Assembly (NCBI RefSeq): GCF_006345805.1
Contig: NC_043017.1
Coordinates: forward strand, 10,292,001 to 10,356,000
Length of the DNA stretch: 64,000 bases
From: Octopus sinensis
Lineage: Eukaryota
Direction: 5' to 3'
Positions 12,437-27,000 of the stretch are shown here, in pieces. The stretch's first letter is position 1; each line of letters begins with the position of its first letter. The position numbers and the translations under genes were made by a program. The notes beneath the pieces are model-generated. The model was not told the DNA's origin. It was given only the letters and a program-made list of their open reading frames with translations, and searched no databases.

Positions 12437-12786
12437 GGAGGCGCAATGGCCCAGTGGTTAGGGCAGCAGACTCACGGTCGTAGGATCGCGGTTTCGATTC
12501 CCAGACCGGGCGTTGTGAGTGTTTATTGAGTGTTTATTGGTGGTGATCCCTGCTGTACTCTTTCACCACAACTTTCTCTCACTCTTACTTCCTGTTTCTG
12601 TTGTACCTGTATTTCAAAGGGCCGGCCTTGTCACTCTCTGTGTCACGCTGAATATCCCCGAGAACTACGTTAAGGGTACACGTGTCTGTGGAGTGCTCAG
12701 CCACTTACACGTTAATTTCACGAGCAGGCTGTTCCGTTGATCGGATCAACCGGAACCCTCGTCGTCGTAACCGACGGAGTGCTTCC
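12437..12786 (+). mobile_element. SINE family C (tRNA-like head), internally deleted
   Basis: Head ggaggcgcaatggcccagtggttagggc...ggtttcgattccc. The body is near-identical to 26251-26633. Confidence 0.9.
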
Positions 12787-13144
12787 AACCTCTTGCGTCT
12801 TTCACTCCTGATATCTCTCTCCGTCTGTCTCTCCCTTCTCTATCTCTCTCTCTCTGTCTCGTCTTTTGGTCTTAATCACTCCTTCTCCACTCTCTCTCTC
12901 CCCTCTCTCTCTCTCTCCCTGCATCTTTTGGTCTTAATCATTCCTCCCCCCCACCTCCCGCTCTCATTCTTTGCCTCCCCCCTCCATCCCTCTCTGTCTC
13001 CCTCCTTCCTTCTCGTCGTCTGCACCCTGTGTCTCCACGTTTCGCTTTTGTTGACATTGAATAAACACTGCAAAGATAACATGGGACATTTCTGGCCAAA
13101 GTTTTCGATCGTTAAAAAAAAAAAAAATCAGAACATCTTAACAG

Positions 13145-13183
13145 AACACACACACACAACACACAGATACAACAGACACACAC

Positions 13184-13237
<54 letters not shown>

Positions 13238-13343
13238 CTCAAATGCACACACACACACATGCTCAAATGCACACGCACACACACACATACACACACACAC
13301 ACACACTCAACACACACACACACATGCTCAAATGCACACGCAC

Positions 13344-13378
<35 letters not shown>

Positions 13379-13786
13379 CACACATGCTCAAATGCACACG
13401 CACACACACAACATATGCATACAAGCGTATACACGTGCGCACCGTCGGACACGTACCCACACGGATACACAAACTCGCACAACCATTCAAAGATAGAGGA
13501 AGGAAGGAAGGGAGAGAGGAGAAAAAGATACAGAGAGAGGGGGAAAGAGAGAGAGAGAGACGAAGAGAGGGAGAGGGAGGGAAAGACGGGAGAAAGTGAA
13601 ACAGAAAGGGAGAAAGAGAACAGAAAGAAAAAGGGAGAGAGAGAGAGAGAGGGGAGGCATGTTTGCCACCTCTCCCACCACCCCACCTAATGTACACAGA
13701 AGCATAAAACAGAACACGGTGAGAAATGGCACACACACACATACACACCACACACACACACATACACACACACACACACACAAGAC

Positions 13787-13820
<34 letters not shown>

Positions 13821-13990
13821 AGACACATACACACACACAAGACACATACACACACACACACACAAGACACATACATACACACACACACATACACACACAC
13901 ACACACACACAAGACACATACATACACACACACATACACACACACACACATACACACACGCACACGCACACACACACTCACACATACACA
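13145..13990. repeat. (CA)n-based compound repeats with embedded units catgctcaaatgcacac (x4) and cacaagacacata, plus a GA-rich block
   Basis: Direct reading of the sequence. Confidence 0.85.
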
Positions 13991-14366
13991 CATAGAGCGG
14001 TCGTGAACCTCGTCGTTGGACGATGAAGATTCATTTGGTGATCGATCAGCTAAATAATCTATTTCTAAATTGACACCACATGTGGCTGAGTACTCCACAG
14101 ACCCGTCGTAACTTAACCCAGTTTCCTCCCCTGTGCATCAGTGGTTATACTCAGGAGGACATACTTCCCTGGCGTCCGTGCATCCTAAAATGATACAAAT
14201 TCCCAATTGTAATTTGGGGCTTACGAAATGAAACCTTTATAATTTATTACTCAGGGCATGTGGAACAAGGACTAGGTAAAAGTCTGGGAAAAAAAACAGG
14301 CATGATCCCCCCCCCCCACACACACATACAAACACAGATATGTGTATTTCTTTCTTTTTTTTTCTT

Positions 14367-14579
14367 TTTTACTTGTTTCAGTCATTTGACTGCGGCCATG
14401 CTGGAGCACCGCCTTTAGTCGAGCAGATCGACCCAGGGACTTATTCTTTTGTAAGCCGAGTACTTATTCTATCGGTCTCTTTTGCCGACCGCTAAGTGAC
14501 GGGGACATAACACACAGCATCGGTTGTCAAGCAATGCTAGGGAGACAAACACAGACCACAAACATATACACACATACAT

Positions 14580-14616
<37 letters not shown>

Positions 14617-14793
14617 TCATATACATAGATACGACAGGCTTTTTTCAGTTTCCGTCTACCAAATCCACTCACAAGGCATTGGTCGGCCCGGGGCTATAGT
14701 AAAGACACTTGCCCAAGATGCCACGCAGTCGGACTGAACCCGGAACCATGTGGTTGGTAAGCAAGCTACTTACCACACAGTCACTCCTGCGCC
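14367..14793 (-). mobile_element. SINE family A, full length
   Basis: Near-consensus reverse-complement copy. Confidence 0.9.
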
Positions 14794-14837
14794 TATATGT
14801 GTATGTGTATACACATACACATATCTATTTCTTTACT

Positions 14838-15048
14838 ACCCACGAGGGGCTAAACACAGAGAGGACAGACAGACGGATTAATTCGATTACATCGATCCCC
14901 GGTGCATAACTGGTACTTAATTTATCGACCCCGAAAGGATGAAAGGCAAAGTCGACCTCGGCGGAATTTGAACTCAGAACGTAGCGGCGGACGAAGTACG
15001 GCTACGCATTTCGCCCGGCGTGCTAACGGTTCTGCCAGCTCGCCGCCT
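14838..15048 (-). mobile_element. SINE family B
   Basis: Reverse complement of head ggcggcgagctggcagaaccgttagcacgccgggcg and core ggggtcgataaattaagtacc. Confidence 0.9.
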
Positions 15049-15774
15049 TTATACACATATCGGCGCGACCTCACTCTCCCGCGAACAGCTGCACTCCTTC
15101 CTCTCCTTGGTCCAATCCTTCCATCCTACGCTCGAACTCTCCTACACTATCTCTAACTCTTCCGTCGCTATGTTCTGAGTTCAAATTCCGCTGAGGTCGA
15201 CTTCACTTTTTTCTTCTTTTCGGGGTCGATAAATTAAGTACCTGTGAAATACTTGGGTCGATGTAATCAACTAGTTCCCTCCCCCTCAAATCTGAGGCTT
15301 TGTGCCTCCAGCAGAAATGATTATTTATACTATATATATGTGTGTGTGTGTGTGTATCAAAAGAAAAACAGGACGCAAAGGATTTTGCGGTACATATGTT
15401 TCTGGCTTTATTGAACAATTTATATCAATGCATAATTGATATAACAGGTAGATCAAAAGCCTTTTTCAGCCGCGTACAATTACCACACCAAAGACATGTA
15501 TCACATTATAGCAGGTTTGAGAAAAAGTTTGGGAAAAAAACAAGTTTCATTGGGAAGGTAAATCCTCATAGGCGTATATGGCATTGCGAGACACCAAAAC
15601 AAAACGTCCATACCGTTTTTTCACTCGATAAAGAATGAAGGGGTTGGATGTTGAGAGAAAGGGGAAAGGAGTGGAAGGGGGTGAATCTTTAATGAAGTTG
15701 GGATCACAAAGAGGAAAAAATATATGTATAAATTTAAACATAATTATACAGGATAATAGTAAGAAAAAAATTGT

Positions 15775-15850
<76 letters not shown>

Positions 15851-16289
15851 TTTTGTATACATATATATTTAGAGCGGTGCATTGCAAGTTATGATATTGG
15901 TTTCAAATTTTGACCAGTAATTTCTGGGAGAGGGTGAATCGCTTACATCGACCCCAGTGCTCAACTGGTACTTACTTTATCAACCCTGAAAGGATGAAAG
16001 GTAAAAGTCGACCTCGGCGGTATTTGAACTCAGAACGTAAAGACGGACGAAATGCCGCTAAGTATTTAACCTGGCGCGATAACGACACCGCAGCTCGCCG
16101 TCCTGCACAAGTTATGATATTAGCCTCTTTTTTGATGTCTACAGCATACTGGGTGATGATTTTAGTTGAGTTTCTTTTACGTTCTGACTTCTGATCTTAA
16201 AATTTCGTCGGGCATGACTTCATCTTTCAACAATCACGGATGGAGACTGATTAAAAAAAAAGTGTCAAATACTGAATTTGATACACATC

Positions 16290-17192
<903 letters not shown>

Positions 17193-17299
17193 ATGTACAC
17201 GCGTAATTCTCATTAATTTTCTAGCCTTGTGTCTGTGCAAGAAATCGGTGGACGGACAAAAGATAAAACAAACAAATACTTTGTAGTATTTCTTCATGC

Positions 17300-17882
17300 C
17301 AGTGGTTCCCCACCGGGGTCCATGTGACCCTTGGGGGTCCACATACGATTTTGTAACTAAAGTTTACGTGCAATAAATTCGTTATACTTCTACACTACAC
17401 AAAATATTTTGATTTTTTAAAAAAATACAATTACTAATAATATTTGTGGATGCACATGGCCTAGTGGTTAGAGCAGCGGACTCGCGGTCGAGGGATTGCA
17501 GGTTCGAATCTCAAACTGGGCGATGTGTGTGTTTATGAGCGAAACACCTAAGCCCCACGCGGCACTGGCAGAAGGTAACAACGAACTTCTGCTGACTCTT
17601 TCGTCACAACTTTCTCTCACTCTCTCCTCCGGCATCTCACCTGCGATGGATCAGTGTCCCGTCCATGCGGGAAAACTATACGCCAATGAAACCGGGAACC
17701 GGCCCTTATGAGCCAGACATGTCTCGAGAAGGAACTAACAATAACAATAATATCTAATTATCAAAAATATTATTGGATCTTTTGAACATCGAATGGTCAG
17801 GAGGGTCAAATCAAAGGGGTCTATCCGAGTGAAACAGGAATCAAAGGGGGTCCGTAGGTTAAAAAATGGTTGAGAAACTCTG
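17300..17882. mobile_element. hAT (Charlie-like) MITE carrying a SINE D insertion
   Basis: Imperfect TIRs cagtggttcccc...ggttgagaaactctg. An 8-bp TSD is not preserved. Confidence 0.55.
17448..17748 (+). mobile_element. SINE family D (tRNA-like head, AAC-rich tail)
   Basis: tggcctagtggttagagc...ggttcgaatctc head. A second copy lies at 40238-40524 on the minus strand. Confidence 0.85.
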
Positions 17883-18614
17883 GTTTGTGTCAACCTTTAT
17901 GTTCTGTGTTCAAACTACGTTGGATCTAATTTTGCCACTTCTCGTTTCCCGTACGATAAAATAAATACCAGGATCCAGAAAATGTATGCCAACTGTATGT
18001 CCGACACAAAATTTCAAGGGATAATGGCTATACTAAGAAACCATTATTCCTATTAATAATTAATTAATTAATTCTAATTCATTTTCTGTTTTAAAAATAT
18101 TTGCTTTAATTAATTGTGGTTATTTGTTTTATTTGTCACAATGATGCGACATCTATCAACTTCTGTAGTTTAATATTTTTACCATTAAGGGTTTCCCGCC
18201 CTTCCAGCAATATATCGTCTGCAATCCTTACAATTACAGTCAACGTTGTTTTCGAATGCCAAATTCTGTGGGATGTTTAACTGAGGCTAGGGTTTAGTAA
18301 AAGAAATGACCCCACTACTTTTTTTTTCTTTTTCTGAACTTTGGTATTTATTCAATCAGATACGTTTGCCGAACCGCCAAGTTACGGAAATGCAAGCAAA
18401 CCAGCACCGGTTGTCAAACGGTGTGTGTGTGTGTGGAGGGCGGGGTGTGGATACACACAAACACAAAACCCAGTACACATGTACACATATGCATACACAC
18501 ACACACACACAGACTTTTTTCCAGTTTTTCTGTTTATCAAATAAACTCCAAATCTTTGGTCAGCGTAGAAGATACCACGCAATAGGGCTATACCTGGTAT
18601 TTATGTATATGCAG

Positions 18615-19030
18615 ATAGATAGATAGATAGATAGATTGATTGATTGATTGATTGATTGATAGATAGATAGATAGATTGATTGATGATTGATTGATAGATA
18701 GATAGATAGATTAGATAGATTATTGATTGATTGATTGATAGATAGATAGATAGATAATTGATTGATTGATTGATTGATTGATAGAGATAGATGAGATTGA
18801 GATTGATTGATATATATAGATTGATTGATTGATTGATTGATAGATAGATAGAATAGATAGATAGATAGATGATAGATAGATGATTGATTGATTGATTGAT
18901 GATAGATAGATAGATAGATTGATTGATGATGATTGATTGATAGATAGATAGATAGATAGATAGATAGAGATAGATATGATAGATAGATAGATAGATAGAT
19001 AGAAGATAAGATAGATAGATAGATAGATGA
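18615..19030. repeat. (GATA)n/(GATT)n compound microsatellite
   Basis: Direct reading of the sequence. Confidence 0.95.
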
Positions 19031-19904
19031 GCATATATATTTATATATGTATAAATATATATATATACACATGCTGTATATACGCACGCACACATATCTA
19101 TAAAAAACACACACACACATTCTTTCCGTAACATAAGGAATTCCATATGCAATCTTGCAAATGGAAAAAAAAAGAAACAAGGAAAAAAACTAAAAGCAAA
19201 ATAACAAGAAAAAAAAACTCGGTTATCATCAGAGAAACGGATGAATCAAGATTAGTTTTGAAAAGCAAAATTGCGTTAAGGAATGTTGAGGAATTTTCTA
19301 CAAAGTTCTACGTGAAAGTAATTGACCAGCAGAACGTTTCCAAGAATGTCACCACAGAAAAATGAAATACCGATAGAGTGATAGACAAATTATATGTATA
19401 TATATGTATCGTAGACATTCCTGACTTGTGACAGACGACATTCATTGATGGCTAAGATAAACAGTAAACCGAATGAAATCGGAAATTTTTCTGAGGTTTA
19501 ATTAAAGCGATAATGTTTATGTAATCTAGGATTAGTACCAGTTAGATAATGAGGTTCATCTCTATTTTTTTAATGGACTTTTCTGTCTTGCCGTCTTCAC
19601 GGAGTTTAGTCAGTTTTATCGATCTCTGGTGTATTTTGTCCTGGTACATGTTTTGCAATGGCTACAACTTAGTGTCTCGCATAAATTTGTTTCCTCATAA
19701 CATTCTTAATTATATCTTCTTTTATTCTTTTACATGTTTCAAACAATTTGTCCGCGGCCATGCTGGGGTACAACCTTGAAAAGTTTAGTCGAACAAATCG
19801 ATCCCAGGACTTGCTTTTAATCCTGATACTTAATTTATCGGTCTCTTCTTTGTATTTACTCTATCGGTCAGTATTTTCATAATAGAGACACACACAAACA
19901 AATG

Positions 19905-19986
<82 letters not shown>

Positions 19987-20373
19987 CAGACAGATAGACA
20001 GGGGTCGCGAGCCGGCAGAATCGTTAGCACAACGGCCAAAATACTTATCGGCTTTTCGTCTCGCTTTTTGTTGAGTTCGAATGTTGTCGAGGTCGACTTT
20101 CTCTTCCATCTTTCCAGGATCATTAAAATAAATACCATTTGAGCACTGGAGTCGATGTAATCGACTAGCCCTGCCCCAAAATTTCAGGCCTTGTGCCTAT
20201 AATAGATGTGTGTAGGGTGGGGACTTTGCGCTTGTATCTGTCAACCCCCTAAACCCCGCTTCAGAAACGGTGTCGCAGTCCAATGACTGAAGGAAGCTTA
20301 TCCTTTGCTTTGAATAAACATCGGTGGCTAACTGCAACTCTACAACAAAATGAATGTCGACAAACCTACACAA

Positions 20374-21515
20374 GTGTGACCCCCCACCCTCCCGGAATTT
20401 ATTTCCTCATAACTTCCAGAAAAAAAGATATTTTTTAATGAAATTTTCGTACGAATACTCTTCAGATGGTGTAGATATCGATTATAACGGAATTCGTTGT
20501 GAAAGATATTTTCCGAGTTTGGGAAGAGGAGTTTCGGAAAATTCACACGATTCGGTTTTGTCCCTCATAACTTTCGGAAAAATGGATATTTTTTTTATGA
20601 AATTTTCTACAAATATCTTTCAGGGGTGAACATTACGATTGCATCGGAATTTAATATGAAAAACAAAAAAACCTTGTTGACTCTCGCACGCATTATTTAC
20701 TGACACACATCACATGTATATCTACAAAATGAAACTTGAAATCTCTCTATATATAAAGCTGAAATTGTCTGTGTATGGCAGGTTTGGTAGCCTTCAACTA
20801 ACACTATCTCCTCCTAGACTCTGCGGCGCAAGTTGACCAAAATTGAGAGTATGATAGAAGAAGGCTTGCTCTTCATTCCGTAGTAGAAAAAATTCAAATT
20901 GGACCATGTTAACACCAAAAATTATTTACATCAATTAGGTGCGTTTTTTTCTATGAAGATCCCTATTTTTAACGATTTTTTGACTGCTGTGTCGCCATTT
21001 TTCGGTGTACTTCAACCAGAAAAATGTTCACTTAAAGAGAATAACAAACTACATAATGCAAAATTTTTACTTTTCAAAAATTCCAATTCTAAAGGATCGA
21101 AACAAACCCGAGCAACGCCGGGCGATTCACCGAATCGCGTGAATTGTCCGAAACTCCTCTTCCCAAACTCAGAAAATATCTTTCACAAATAAAATTGTGT
21201 TGTGTGTCAGTATGTGCAGGCCCACAAATTATTTTTTCATATTAAATTCCAATATAATCGTATTTTACACACTCTGAAAGGTATTTGTTATAGAAAATTT
21301 CATAAAAAAGATATGCATTTTCCCGAAAGTTATGGGGGACTAAACCGAATCGTGGGAATTTTCCGAAACTCCTCTCCTCACCCTCGGAAAAAAATTTTTA
21401 TAACAAATTCCGATGTAATCGGAATCTATAACATCTGAAACGTATTACTAGAAAATTTCATTAAAAGTTAAACATTTTTCTGGAAGTTATGAAGAAACAA
21501 AATCGTGTGGGGGTG
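20374..21515. mobile_element. Fold-back element with long modular inverted arms and a nested Helitron
   Basis: The left arm at about 20374-20665 and the right arm at about 21130-21515 are reverse complements (cctcataact...gaaaaaa.gat...aatgaaatttt...gattata.cggaatt modules). Confidence 0.7.
20742..21126 (+). mobile_element. Non-autonomous Helitron (second family), 3' CTAG lost
   Basis: A|TCtctctatatataaagctg start and cccgagcaacgccgggcgat hairpin. Homologous to 57154-57789. Confidence 0.8.
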
Positions 21516-21535
21516 GGGGCACACTTCTGCAGGTA

Positions 21536-21753
21536 TACTCTTTTCTCTTTACTCTTTTACTTGTTTCAGTCATTTGACCGGGGCCATGCTGGAGCACCGC
21601 CTTTAGTCGAGCAAATCGACCCCGGGACTTATTCTTTTGTAAGCCCAGTACTTATTCTATCGGTCTCTTTTGCCGAACTGCTAAGTTACGGGGACGTAAA
21701 CACACCAGCATCGGTTGTCAAGCGATGTTGGGGGGACAAACACAGACACACAA

Positions 21754-21825
<72 letters not shown>

Positions 21826-22003
21826 ATATATACATATATACGACAGGCTTCTTTCAGTTTCCGTCTACCAAATCCATTCACAAGGCTTTGGTCGGCCCGG
21901 GGCTATAGCAGAAGACACTTGCCCAAGGTGCCATGCAGTGGGACTGAACCCGGAACCATGTGGTTGGTAAGCAAGCTACTTACCACACAGCCACTCCTGC
22001 GCC
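21536..22003 (-). mobile_element. SINE family A, full length
   Basis: Near-consensus copy. Confidence 0.9.
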
Positions 22004-22182
22004 TATGCCGGAATGTCCAACAATGCGCATCCATGCGCGGATTACGGGTTCAATTCGTTCGTTCTTCCGTTTGTTTCATTCGTTCATTTATTCATTTAAT
22101 CTCTCTTTCACCTTATCCAATCATTCTTTCCTTCGTTTGTGTATTCATTCAATCAATCTTTTATTTATTCAATTATCTATTC

Positions 22183-22591
22183 GGCGATCTTTCGTCTCTA
22201 GTAGACCTTTCCGTCGATTTCCGTAAAAATTTTTTTCTTTTACATATGGTCTTGCGGGAACTTTTCAAGTAATATACATACATATACACATACACCGAGT
22301 AAAAAATTTCAGTTATCTCTTTCTTTCACACATTACTCTGTCTCTTCACACACACTAACAGAAGCACTTCACTTACACAACATACTGTCTGTCTCCCACA
22401 CCCCATCAAACACACACACACATGTACATCAATGCACGGTAACTTCAAAAGAACTTCCCTCGTCATACAATCGCTTTCTCTTAGTGTCCTTCGCTCTCAT
22501 TAATTCAAAAGTTCCCGCAAGCCCATATGTAAAAAAAAAAAAAATTTTTACGGAAATCGACGGAAAGGTCTACTAGAGACGAGAGATTGCC
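22183..22591. mobile_element. MITE with about 85-bp TIRs and an 8-bp TSD (Merlin-like by GG start and TSD length)
   Basis: TIR ggcgatctttcgtctctagtagacctttccgtcgatttccgtaaaaa... mirrored at the right end. TSD atctattc at 22175-22182 and 22592-22599. Confidence 0.85.
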
Positions 22592-23037
22592 ATCTATTCA
22601 TTTATTCCGTCTTTCATTCTTCTTTTCATTCTTTCATACAAACGTACATAATAATAATAATAAAAGTTTACATAACTTACACACACATACTCGTGTGTGT
22701 GTTTTTCTGTCTGTGAATCCACCACACAATATATTTCTATACACGTTAAGTATGTATCTGTTGATCTATTTGATAGTATTAAAAACATTCCAACCATGAA
22801 GCCATTCTCGTAATCAGATTACACACATACACACACACACATATGTAGGTATGTGTGTACACATACACACCCACATACACAGAGGTATATATACATATAT
22901 AATATATATGTATACGTATATATAACAATGATGATATATATATATACACATATACATACATACAAACACACACACATACACACACACACGTACATACATA
23001 CATACATACATACATACATACATACATACATACATAC

Positions 23038-23068
<31 letters not shown>

Positions 23069-23100
23069 CCTACATACATACATACATACACACACACACA

Positions 23101-23149
<49 letters not shown>

Positions 23150-23159
23150 TAATATATAT

Positions 23160-23295
23160 GTATAAGAAATATATATAAAATACAAAATGGGACAAGAACG
23201 CAAAACACTCAAATAGACGACACAAAAAACGGACGGGTCATTCGAAGCCTCTAATCTTCAGTCAAGAACCGGATCATCCTCGCAATTTCGGCTGA

Positions 23296-23326
<31 letters not shown>

Positions 23327-23496
23327 CATACATACATACATACATACATACACACACATATACATACATACATACATACATACATACAACATACATACAT
23401 ACACATACATACATACATACATACATACATACATACATACATCATACATACATACTACATACATACATACTTACATACATATACATACATACATAC

Positions 23497-23527
<31 letters not shown>

Positions 23528-23533
23528 CATACA

Positions 23534-23567
<34 letters not shown>

Positions 23568-23719
23568 CATACATATATATATGTATAAGAAATATATATA
23601 AAAATACAAAATGGGACAAGAACGCAAAACACTCAAATAGACGACACAAAAAACGGACGGGTCATTCGAAGCCTCTAATCTTCAGTCAAGAACCGGATCA
23701 TCCTCGCAATTTCGGCTGA

Positions 23720-23750
<31 letters not shown>

Positions 23751-23863
23751 CATACATACATACATACATACATACATACACACACACATACATACATACA
23801 TACATACATACATACATACAACATACATACATACATACATACATACATACATACATACATACA

Positions 23864-23890
<27 letters not shown>
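23160..23890. repeat. Tandem 423-bp unit: about 140-bp unique module plus (CATA)n
   Basis: gtataagaaat...ccggatcatcctcgcaatttcggctgatta occurs at 23160-23299 and 23583-23722, near-identical. Confidence 0.9.
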
Positions 23891-23897
<7 letters not shown>

Positions 23898-24169
23898 CAA
23901 TCATACAAGGTGCAGTGAATAAACTTCTGCCAAATATTAATAAAAATACACATGCTCCTATTTTTTAGTTCTATTTTTTCCTGTTTGCATCAACACACAC
24001 ACACACACACACAAACAAACAAACAAACACATGTATGTGTATATGCACGGGATGCATTCAAAAAGTATCCGATTTTAGTTTTCGCGCCGAAATTAACGCC
24101 GCTCGGACAAAATATTTTGGGTGGAAGATGATGTTTCTCTTCCTGCGCAAGCGAAGGGATTCAAAGAGT

Positions 24170-24579
24170 GGATCTTTTCGGTTTGAACAGCAGTTTTTTA
24201 AAATAAGTTCCACGTAACTAAACACTTTTAAACTTCGTATACTGGTAGAATGTGTTTATAAAAGGTCTTTTTATCTTGGCTTTATTGAGAAAATTCTATG
24301 GTATGTAAGATATTTGTTGTTGTTTTTCTTCAATTTCTGCAATTTCAACCAATCAATGACGTCTATTGAGGTGAAAACATTCTGTGCCGTATGAATATGT
24401 CCCTCGTTTAAGAAACAGATTGGGTTTATTTACATTTCTGAAGAAAAAAAGATACCCTTCCCCCACCCCAAACTCTAAAACAGATTGAAATGCAATAGAT
24501 CGATACTAGGGTCATAATTATGGGTGACAATTTCATATGACACCGCTAGAAAAAACTGCCGTTCAAACCGAAAAGATCC
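24170..24579. mobile_element. Merlin-type MITE, about 29-bp TIR, 8-bp TSD
   Basis: ggatcttttcggtttgaac(a/g)gcagttttt mirrored at the right end. TSD caaagagt at 24162-24169 and 24580-24587. Partial copies lie near 30522 and 45400. Confidence 0.85.
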
Positions 24580-25399
24580 CAAAGAGTTAGTCACAGCTTA
24601 CAGGGAAAGTTCCCCGCCCTGTATCTATTTATCAAGAAAGACGCTAGTTAAGGCTAGGGTGTAACCTCTCCGTCGTTCTGAAAGTCCAGGAATTACTATG
24701 GTGGAGAGTATGTCTAAAAATTGAGCAGATAAGCAGAGTGACATGAGAGAATAAATGTTCATTCTGTTAGTTGACAGCTGTTTCGTAATATGTAGTATAT
24801 ATGTGTGTGTGTGTGAGCGCGTGTGTGAGTCACCTATTGCTTGACAACCGGGTGCTGAAAAGTTCCTGGCTCTGGGTAAAAGGAAATGCAGGTGGATCCG
24901 TTAATTATGTTTTTATTCGACTTACTGCAACGGTCCTTCAGTTTTTCTAAGCCCTGTAAAAGAACGCGGAAGCCCTTTCACGATATCTATCTCAGCACCC
25001 CTTCGTATATTTTAAATCTGGTACATATGCTGTCGTTCTCTTTTGCCGAACCGCTAAGTTTTGAGAACGTAAACAAACTAACACCAGTTCAGCGGTGGTG
25101 TGGGGCAAACACAAGGAACACACACACACACACACACACACACTTATACGACGATCTTCCACACAGTTTCCATCGACGAAATTCACTCGCAAGTGATTGG
25201 TCAATCCTGGGTTATAGCAGAAGAAACTTAACCAAGGTGCTGCACGGTGGGACTGAACCCGAAACCACGTGGTTACCAAGCGAGCTTCTTGACCAGACGG
25301 CCATGCCTGTGCCTACAAAAAAAAAAACATCAAGGAACGATTCCGTCTTGTTGTCGAATAAAGAAGACAGAAGAGGTGAAGAGGGAATTTTTAAGGAAC

Positions 25400-27000
25400 C
25401 TTCGAAACAGCCGAGAAGATCTCAGTAGCGGATGCAGCGATGTTGCCCTAGTTGCCCGGGCGACACCCTTTCTAGCCGAGCCGACACGAAAAAAATCGGG
25501 ACCAAGGTTTATTTCCACTAGTCTCACAGCATCACTGTTTCATATGCACGTTGTCTGCTACGACAAAGTTAGAATACATAAAAACGTATCCATTTGTTAC
25601 GAATTGCGATTTTTCGAAACTTCTGGACAACATCCCCAACAAAAATCCTGGACCCAACCCGCTTTGTCGGTCACAGGAAGCTAAGTGAACATGTCGGTCG
25701 CGTCAGGCAAAGCTTTCAGTGACCGAATTAGAAAATTTAGTCGGTAGTTGACGAGAACGATGTCAATGACCTATGGTGGGGCGCCCTGGAGAATGCGATT
25801 AGAATAGAATCGATGAGATCAGCAAAAAAAAATTTTGTCATAAAGAAAATAATTGATGGGTGATCTAGTGTGTCAAATTAGAATAGGCGATTAGGAAAGG
25901 TGTTGCGATTGACCTGCACGCGGTGAATATTGCCTTCTACTATTTTCTTCAAGGCGACACGTGAACGTTGCCTTGTCAGAGTTAGGGCAGAACGAGCTCT
26001 AAAGCAGAAAGGGATGAAATGCGTTCGATAGGATTAAGGGGTTGAGTAGCGACGTGGTATCAAAGCTACAAATCTGTCCAGTAATGTAGCTAAGGAATTG
26101 CGTTGACGAGGGGTGCAGTACGCCCAAGTAGCGCTTTTATGAGGGTAGCACTTACAGGTTTACTGTATAAGCTTGTAGAGAGTTGGGACTCGATGAGGGA
26201 TGAGACGAAAATTCAAGGGCTGCCGTGGGCGGTATTCACCACACAAAAGTGGAGGCGCAATGGCCCAGTGGTTAGGGCAGCGGACTCGCGGTCGTAGGAT
26301 CGTGGTTTCGATTCCTAGACCGGGCGTTGTGAATGTTTATTGAGCGAAAACACCTAAAAGCTCCACGAGACTCTGGCAGGGGATGGTGGTGATCCCTGCT
26401 GTACTCTTTCACTACAACTTTCTCTCACTCTTACTTCCTGTTTCTGTTGTACCTGTATTTCAAAGGGCCGGCCTTGTCACTCTCTGTGTCACGCTGAATA
26501 TCCCTGAGAACTACGTTAAGGGTACACGTGTCTGTGGAGTGCTCAGCCACTTACACGTTAATTTCACGAGCAGGCTGTTCCGTTGATTCGGATCAACCGG
26601 AACCCTCATCGTCGTAACCGACGGAGTGCTTCCTTATCACCACACATTCTAGCTACGTCACTGATTCGGTCTGTTCACAAAGCAGGACAAGGGCCGCGCT
26701 ACTCGATTCCCAAGCAGAAACAAAACCGTTAAGGAACTTCCCGCTGGAACTAGGACATCAGAAAGCCGTGTCGACCTTTGCAGATAATGTCACTTTTATG
26801 GTGGTGTCAGACATAATTGAAAGCAGGGGCGTTTGGTAGTGTCCTGACGGAATACCTGGCTGTGACACAAGCAGAAACTCATCCGGAAAAGTCGCTATGT
26901 TTGCAGCTTGGCACCTGGACAGGTACGTCTATGGCCGTCGGACAGCGATATAAGGACGCTAGACCGACGGATTAAGATAGTTGGAGTGAGGTTTGATCCC
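25400..27000 (+). mobile_element. Highly decayed Tx1/L1-clade LINE (post-endonuclease linker and RT relic) split by a SINE C insertion
   Basis: Frames give DLWWGALENAIRIESMRSAKK, AFDRI, LRNFPLELGHQKAVSTFADNVT (YADD-like) and VLTEYLAVTQAETHPEKSLCLQLGTWTGTSM, with many stops and frameshifts. Confidence 0.6.
26251..26633 (+). mobile_element. SINE family C, full length
   Basis: Complete head to tail. Possible TSD tcaccacaca at 26236-26245 and 26637-26646. Confidence 0.9.

Noticed and set aside
12437-12512. tRNA-like cloverleaf heads (also at 17448, 26251, 59837 and 2100)
   Set aside because: Each continues into a repeated SINE body and lacks a proper acceptor stem, so they are not tRNA genes.
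19147-19365. Lys-rich 72-aa ORF
   Set aside because: Driven by poly-A tracts, with no splice or homology support.
23230-23290. Hammerhead-like CTGAAGA...GAA on the minus strand of the 423-bp tandem unit
   Set aside because: No GAAA with helix III, and P2 cannot be formed adjacent to the core in type I or type II arrangements.
24045-24975. Mariner-like TIR fragments near 24045 and 24848
   Set aside because: Similarity is from memory only, with no paired TIR, TA duplication or transposase seen.
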